A stretch of DNA of 64,000 bases from assembly GCA_035545755.1 (NCBI GenBank), contig DASZXQ010000048.1:5542-69541 (forward strand). Reading direction: 5' to 3'. Position numbers and translations under genes: made by a program. A model generated the notes under the pieces. It saw only the letters and a program-made list of their open reading frames with translations, did no database searches and was not told where the DNA came from. Source of the DNA: Chitinophagaceae bacterium (GTDB taxonomy: Bacteria > Bacteroidota > Bacteroidia > Chitinophagales > Chitinophagaceae). This document shows positions 59,395 to 64,000 of this stretch, in pieces. Position 1 is the first letter of the stretch, and the number at the start of each line of letters is the position of its first letter.

Positions 59395-60468
59395 TCAATT
59401 CCGTTCTTTCTGCGTTTCAGGAAAAATATTAATGTACCCAACGTTTACCAGGAGATCTGCTTCAGCAACATCGTTGGCTTTTACCACGGAAGCGTCAAAT
59501 AGTTTGGTTTTATCGCAATCCAGGCAGTTCAACGTAATTCCTACTTTTCTGAAATCAATAGTACCCATCTTCTCCGGTTTTATCATGAAGGCGAAGTCTG
59601 ACCGCTTGCCATAGATCTCAAAATCACTACTATTCAGTTTCAACAATTCTTTTATAGTCATTCCGCAATGAATTCCGTTTTTCAGTTCCCACTGATTATT
59701 ATCAAAAAAAACTCCTGTGAATTGTTTGCCGCTGACCGTCGGCATCACATCACTGATAATGATATAAGAAAGAGACTGCAGGTTCCGCTGATCCTCCCAT
59801 ACAAATACCGCCTGCTTGTTGCTGTTGGGGAATATCACGGTACACTTTCTCAGATCGTCCTTTGAAAAATAATAAAGATCCTGCTTTACGTTAGCGGCGC
59901 CAAAAAAGCCAACCAGGTATTCATTCGAATTAAAACTAAGGAGGTCTTCCGCATATTTAACCGTGCGTGGATCCGGGTATTCTTTCTTTTTTAAAACAAA
60001 ACTATACCTCGATATACCATCATTTACTTCATGCATAGTTTCAACAGTAATATTTTTTCTTTGAAAAAGCAATGAAGTATCCTGTTCCAGGCTTACACTG
60101 TGATCATAAAAAAAACCAGCCCCTGCCAATTGCATTTTACCTTCTATGAATTCTTTTTCAGAAGAAGTGTGCCAGGCAAAATATTTTGAACCATCTTTAG
60201 TATAGATATCAATGCTTCGTATAACCGGGGAATCGTTACTAATAGTTTGGTTATTACTTTTCATTTCATTTTCAAAGAAAGATGTCATTGTTGAATTGTA
60301 ATCAACCTTCCCGGAATTAGACAGGAAGCCTTTCCTGATCAAAAACTGTTCGGCATTTTTAGGAGTAAAGGAAGACAAGGCCACCAGGTCATCGGAAGTA
60401 AATGATTGGCCGAATGCTGCATTGACAGCAAAACCCAACGAAATAAATATGAGTAACAAACTCTTCAT
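59395..60468 (-). CDS. hypothetical secreted protein
   Basis: Signal peptide MKSLLLIFISLGFAVNAAFGQ from the ATG at 60468. No recognisable motif. Confidence 0.6.
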   Translation of the reverse strand: MKSLLLIFISLGFAVNAAFGQSFTSDDLVALSSFTPKNAEQFLIRKGFLSNSGKVDYNSTMTSFFENEMKSNNQTISNDSPVIRSIDIYTKDGSKYFAWHTSSEKEFIEGKMQLAGAGFFYDHSVSLEQDTSLLFQRKNITVETMHEVNDGISRYSFVLKKKEYPDPRTVKYAEDLLSFNSNEYLVGFFGAANVKQDLYYFSKDDLRKCTVIFPNSNKQAVFVWEDQRNLQSLSYIIISDVMPTVSGKQFTGVFFDNNQWELKNGIHCGMTIKELLKLNSSDFEIYGKRSDFAFMIKPEKMGTIDFRKVGITLNCLDCDKTKLFDASVVKANDVAEADLLVNVGYINIFPETQKERN

Positions 60469-60732
60469 GAACAACATTGTTCTTCATATCTATTGTTTGG
60501 TCTTTAAAAAGAATGCAGGATTGAAGGAGGGTATCCGGCTTATTTCAAGGAGTAGAAAGAATTCTCTACAAAATACTACATTTTCCTGATAGATAAAAGG
60601 GCCCGGAGAGCCTGGGGTTATGCACGTTCATTCACGCCATGCTTTTACCGGAAACATTGCGGAAAGAAAAAAGAATTCCATTCAAACCCGGACGGCTATC
60701 CCTTTACATGCCCGGTCCTGCATCAGTAAATT

Positions 60733-60921
60733 TTAGAATCGCTCTAGCCTCTTCCTGATACTCCACATATCTACAACGCCAAAGCGTTTTACAGGCGTCA
60801 ATTTATTCCGGGCCAAACCAATCTCCGGTTCCACTATTATAGCCGGAATTACCAGTTCCTGTGAAAGATCAACTACCGGGTCAATAATAATAATTTCTGT
60901 CTTTAAACTTGTATCGTTCAT
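60733..60921 (-). CDS. small hypothetical protein
   Basis: 62-aa ATG-initiated ORF in an otherwise empty interval. No motif, so weak support. Confidence 0.35.
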   Translation of the reverse strand: MNDTSLKTEIIIIDPVVDLSQELVIPAIIVEPEIGLARNKLTPVKRFGVVDMWSIRKRLERF

Positions 60922-61197
60922 AATTTTTTATTTATAGAAGTATAAAAGCAAGGTATAGTGAAGCGCTCAGGCGGGTGGCGAAAGAAGTTGAGAAATTCAG
61001 GTATTCGCTGCTTTATTAATACCTGCAATTTACGTACTACCAGTTTGTGGATCTGATTTATACCTGTACTAAACGTTAAACTTATCAACAAACAACAGCT
61101 AACTGCATGTTTTCCAAAAATAAAATCTCAGCAGCAGTTTAATAAGCCTACATTACATGCAATGCAGGTTATTCTATCTGCAAATAAATTTAAGAAC

Positions 61198-61608
61198 ATG
61201 TCAAACATTTTAGATGTTGTTGTGGCCGACAAAAACCTCGCCACTATGATGAGAGGTGTAAAAGCAGCAGGATTGGAATCAGAACTGAGTCAGGCAGGGC
61301 CTTTTACCGTATTCGCTCCCACAGATCTGGCTTTTGGAAAATTAGCAGCCGGTGAAATGACCGAATTGCTGAAACCTGAAAATAAAGTGAAACTTTCGGA
61401 CATTCTGAATTATCATGTAGTAGCAGGGAAAACTAATTTCAAAGACCTGAAAGACGGCCAGAAATTAAAAACCATAAATGGAAAGGAACTGGATGTGAAA
61501 ATAAGCAACGGCAATGTTACGATCAATGGTGCCAAAATTCAGGGACGTGATAACGAAGCGTCCAACGGAGTGGTGCATTCAGTGGATACCGTAATTGCAG
61601 TTAACTAA
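61198..61608 (+). CDS. single FAS1 (fasciclin) domain protein without obvious signal peptide
   Basis: GPFTVFAPTDLAFGKL and NYHVVAGK ... NGVVHSVDTVI are canonical FAS1 motifs. Start placed at ATG 61198 (MSNILDVV). Confidence 0.85.
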   Translation: MSNILDVVVADKNLATMMRGVKAAGLESELSQAGPFTVFAPTDLAFGKLAAGEMTELLKPENKVKLSDILNYHVVAGKTNFKDLKDGQKLKTINGKELDVKISNGNVTINGAKIQGRDNEASNGVVHSVDTVIAVN

Positions 61609-61649
61609 ATGTTCACTGCCTTATATCTTTCATGAAAAACAAATATTAC

Positions 61650-61686
61650 AAAAGCTGCCTGTCACTAAGGTGGCTTTTGTTTCTTA
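61650..61686 (+). terminator. possible terminator after the fasciclin gene
   Basis: AAAGCUGCC ... GGUGGCUUU (9 bp with two G-U pairs) followed by UUGUUUCUU. Confidence 0.4.
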
Positions 61687-61768
61687 ACAAAGCCGCTGTA
61701 GTTTGATAACTGATAAAAACAGTAATCACATTCAGACAGATTTTTTTAAACCCCTGAAAACCCATTTT

Positions 61769-62089
61769 ATGTTTCAATACAGCAAATACAAAATTGATCC
61801 TGAAGACAGCTTTCAGCCTGATGATTTCCCCAAAGTAAGAGATGAACTGGCTGATCTGTGCCATGGAATAGCAGGCTTGCCTGCTGACCATAAAAAAGAG
61901 ATAGTTCTTTCTTTTATAAAAAATCATTTATTAAACACCGATTGGCTCAAGTCAAATCCCGAGCTAACCAGCCTGGTCACCAGCGGTGCATTCGCTACCG
62001 GTCATTTGGAATCGCTTTTCGATTCCTGCAGGATGAACAAACAATTTCAGCAGGAATATGAAGATTACATCCGGGAAATGATAGTGTAA
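61769..62089 (+). CDS. hypothetical protein
   Basis: 106 aa from ATG 61769 (MFQYSKYKIDPED). The track start is TTG 61703. No motif. Confidence 0.45.
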   Translation: MFQYSKYKIDPEDSFQPDDFPKVRDELADLCHGIAGLPADHKKEIVLSFIKNHLLNTDWLKSNPELTSLVTSGAFATGHLESLFDSCRMNKQFQQEYEDYIREMIV

Positions 62090-62577
62090 ATCACAAAGTC
62101 GGTCATAGAAGTGCCGGCGCTCATTATAAAAGTAATTGCATCTTGATGCCGGAGATAAAATCCGGCAAAGGCGAAGAACTGCGCCTTATTATTTTTTAAT
62201 GAACCCCTGCAAAAAATTAAAATTGCTTGAATGCCGAACTTTCTGAGATGCTTGCCGCAGGCAAGAACAATACAGCAGATGTAGCAATAAATTCTCCCCT
62301 CATGCTGTCTGTTAGATCACTATTATTCGGGCCTTCATCGTCTTTTCTCCCACCCATGTTCGGAACTTTGGCCGGATGGCTCAAAGCAGGCAGAAGTACG
62401 TTCCGAACGAGACCCGAACAAAACCCCTACCGAAGAATTTCCATTTTAGCAGCAAAATCCGGCAATTGGCAGCAATTCACAGCAACAACGTGAGCAAAGG
62501 GATGTTTGAAGGCGTGCCTCGGTTGGAACCGTGGCACGCCTGCGCAAGCAGATGTACCTTTACAAAAAGGTTAAGGC

Positions 62578-62943
62578 ATGAAAAAATTAATAGCCACAAT
62601 TACGGCCCTGTGTTTTTTTGTTTTTGCAAAAGCACAGCAGGAGATCAAAATAGACGAACTGAATAAGCATACCGGCGATTCAGTGACGGTATGTACTAAA
62701 ATATTCGGCGGCATTTATCTTGACCGGAGCAAGGGCGCCCCCACCCTTTTAGATGCCGGCGGCAAATACCCGGATGCACCGCTGACACTTTTTATAGGGC
62801 AGGAAACAAGAAAACAATTTAAAGAAGCACCCGAATCATTTTACAAAGACAAAGATGTTTGCATTACCGGCAGAATAAAATTGTATAAAGGCAAACCCGA
62901 AATAGAGATCTACGATGAAAAACAGATACAGGTGGGTAAATGA
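62578..62943 (+). CDS. small secreted protein (possibly OB-fold-like)
   Basis: Signal peptide MKKLIATITALCFFVFAKAQ. 100-aa beta-rich mature part ending in ITGRIKLYKGKPEIEI. Confidence 0.6.
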   Translation: MKKLIATITALCFFVFAKAQQEIKIDELNKHTGDSVTVCTKIFGGIYLDRSKGAPTLLDAGGKYPDAPLTLFIGQETRKQFKEAPESFYKDKDVCITGRIKLYKGKPEIEIYDEKQIQVGK

Positions 62944-63099
62944 GATATAGCGCTTTCGGTTCTTGAGATAGGAACCGGGGCCGGGGCATCGGGAAATCAG
63001 CTAAGAAAAAATACGAATCTGCCGCAGGCAGCGAAGCAGTTTTTCTTTTTTCAGCAATAGCATTCATCGTGCAATTACCATAAATATATAGCGGAGGGA

Positions 63100-63262
63100 G
63101 GCAATCATTTGACGTGGGAAGCCTTTCATCTTCCAGACGAAGCCAATCATTTGGAAAGGGAAGCCTTTCATCTTCCAGACAAAGCCAATCATTTGGAAAG
63201 CGAAGCCTTTCATCTTCAAGACAAAGCCAATCATTTGGAAAGGGAAAGGCATCTTTTGGATG
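63100..63262. repeat. 42-bp tandem repeat, about 3.8 copies
   Basis: Units at 63100-63141, 63142-63183, 63184-63225 and 63226 to ~63262 (last degenerate). Consensus GCCAATCATTTGGAAAGGGAAGCCTTTCATCTTCCAGACAAA. Full units 2 and 3 differ at 2 positions. Confidence 0.9.
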
Positions 63263-63602
63263 AAATGTTTTTGATTACCAAGGGTTTTTGATTTTTGCTT
63301 TGATGTTTAAGCTGTGTGCGGCGTTTTCTCTACCCTTCACAGATCTGTAAGTTAGTCCCGATGCTGATATAGAAAACTACGACGTGTTATTTCTATACGT
63401 TAATTCTGATGATGGCTTAGAAGACACCGACCATGGCGTGTTATTTTTATTGAGAACACCTGCCAAGACGGAAAAGTAAAATATTGCCGGAAAAGGGAAG
63501 TACCTAAACTGCCCGGCGGCGGGCAGGGAACATTCAGTATATTCGATGTGCCCACGACAACCGCCGCAGCCCTTGTGTAAACCTCATTTTCATTTTCACA
63601 AT

Positions 63603-64000
63603 ATGAAACAATTTCTGATACTTCTCGCATTCGCTTCAGCTGTCTATACCTCATACAGCCAGGATTCATCCGGGCTTAGCTATTCATTCAAAGAAGCCGG
63701 TATCTCCATTAAGCTTCCTAATTCAAAATGGTACCTGGCCGACAGTGAGGAAAATAACAGCCGGGCAGTTTATATTTTTAAAAGAGAGGCGATAACAGAT
63801 AATTCCAACACGCATGTAATTCCAAACATTGCGGTAATTATTGAAGACGTGGACGAAAATACCGATGTAATCGAATATTCAATAGTAAAAAGAACCAAAA
63901 CTCCGTTTGATGTGTCAGAAACATTCATACATGGCGATGGCAAAATAAATTATGAAAATGCTGTTGGGTACAAAGGAAGCTATACGGACCAACGATCCAT
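63603..64000 (+). CDS. hypothetical secreted protein (5' part; runs off the window)
   Basis: ATG 63603 gives MKQFLILLAFASAVYTSYSQ (signal peptide), then an open frame with no stop to the window end. It is absent from the ORF track because it is open-ended. Confidence 0.55.
   Translation, partial: MKQFLILLAFASAVYTSYSQDSSGLSYSFKEAGISIKLPNSKWYLADSEENNSRAVYIFKREAITDNSNTHVIPNIAVIIEDVDENTDVIEYSIVKRTKTPFDVSETFIHGDGKINYENAVGYKGSYTDQRS

Noticed and set aside
62227-62666. Two overlapping ORFs of 88 and 96 aa in the 62.1-62.6 kb gap.
   Set aside because: One has a non-ATG start, and both have Arg/Ser/Pro-rich composition with no signal or motif. The second runs out of frame into the well-supported 62578 gene. 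The region is treated as non-coding and reported as a finding.
63100-63262. A possible CRISPR array.
   Set aside because: The 42-bp units are directly contiguous with no unique spacers. There are only ~4 copies and no cas genes in the window. It is a plain tandem repeat.
1-64000. Mobile elements, prophage, integrative island borders, rRNA or tRNA genes, restriction-modification or toxin-antitoxin pairs.
   Set aside because: I could not recognise any transposase, integrase, recombinase, tRNA-like structure, long terminal inverted or direct repeat, or typical defence-gene motif. The only rearrangement scar is the GH5 remnant.

Overview
This window looks like a densely packed, mostly core chromosomal segment of a Bacteroidota bacterium, probably Chitinophagia- or Sphingobacteriia-like. 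The signs are: moderately AT-rich by eye, TAnnTTTG-type -7 boxes close to start codons, many exported proteins with signal peptides ending ..AQ or ..SQ, and TonB/SusC-like, BNR and SPOR proteins. I call about 55 protein-coding genes on both strands. I found no rRNA, tRNA, CRISPR array, transposase, integrase or phage genes.

The ORF track uses ATG, GTG and TTG starts and often over-extends N-termini, so I trimmed several starts to the obvious signal peptide or conserved N-terminus.

Recognisable housekeeping genes are deoC plus two ALDH-family genes, an M20D amidohydrolase, maeB, mlaE/mlaF, sucD, aspS, rpiB, nth, KAS III, a 1-Cys peroxiredoxin and cbpA-cbpM. Large envelope proteins include a 2,059-aa alpha-2-macroglobulin, a BNR/Vps10-like protein and a TonB-dependent-receptor-like barrel.

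Items most worth a second look:
1. Two convergent, directly abutting caspase-family (C14) genes at 30913-35916. Both have signal peptides and one is fused to about 900 aa of TPR-like repeats. A TPR membrane protein, a Met-rich lipoprotein and an OM barrel flank them.
2. A prokaryotic pentameric ligand-gated ion-channel homologue at 26594-27565.
3. A 42-bp tandem repeat of about 3.8 copies at 63100-63262, open on both strands.
4. A transglutaminase-like membrane protein wedged between mlaE and mlaF with overlapping stop and start codons.
5. A GOB-like (Gln116) subclass B3 metallo-beta-lactamase.
6. An ALDH paralogue lacking the catalytic domain next to deoC.
7. A DEAD-box / Csp / RRM / KAS III cluster.
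8. Heptanucleotide microsatellites inside the macroglobulin ORF.
9. A GH5 gene remnant.

All family assignments come from motifs I can read in the translations. No database search was run.
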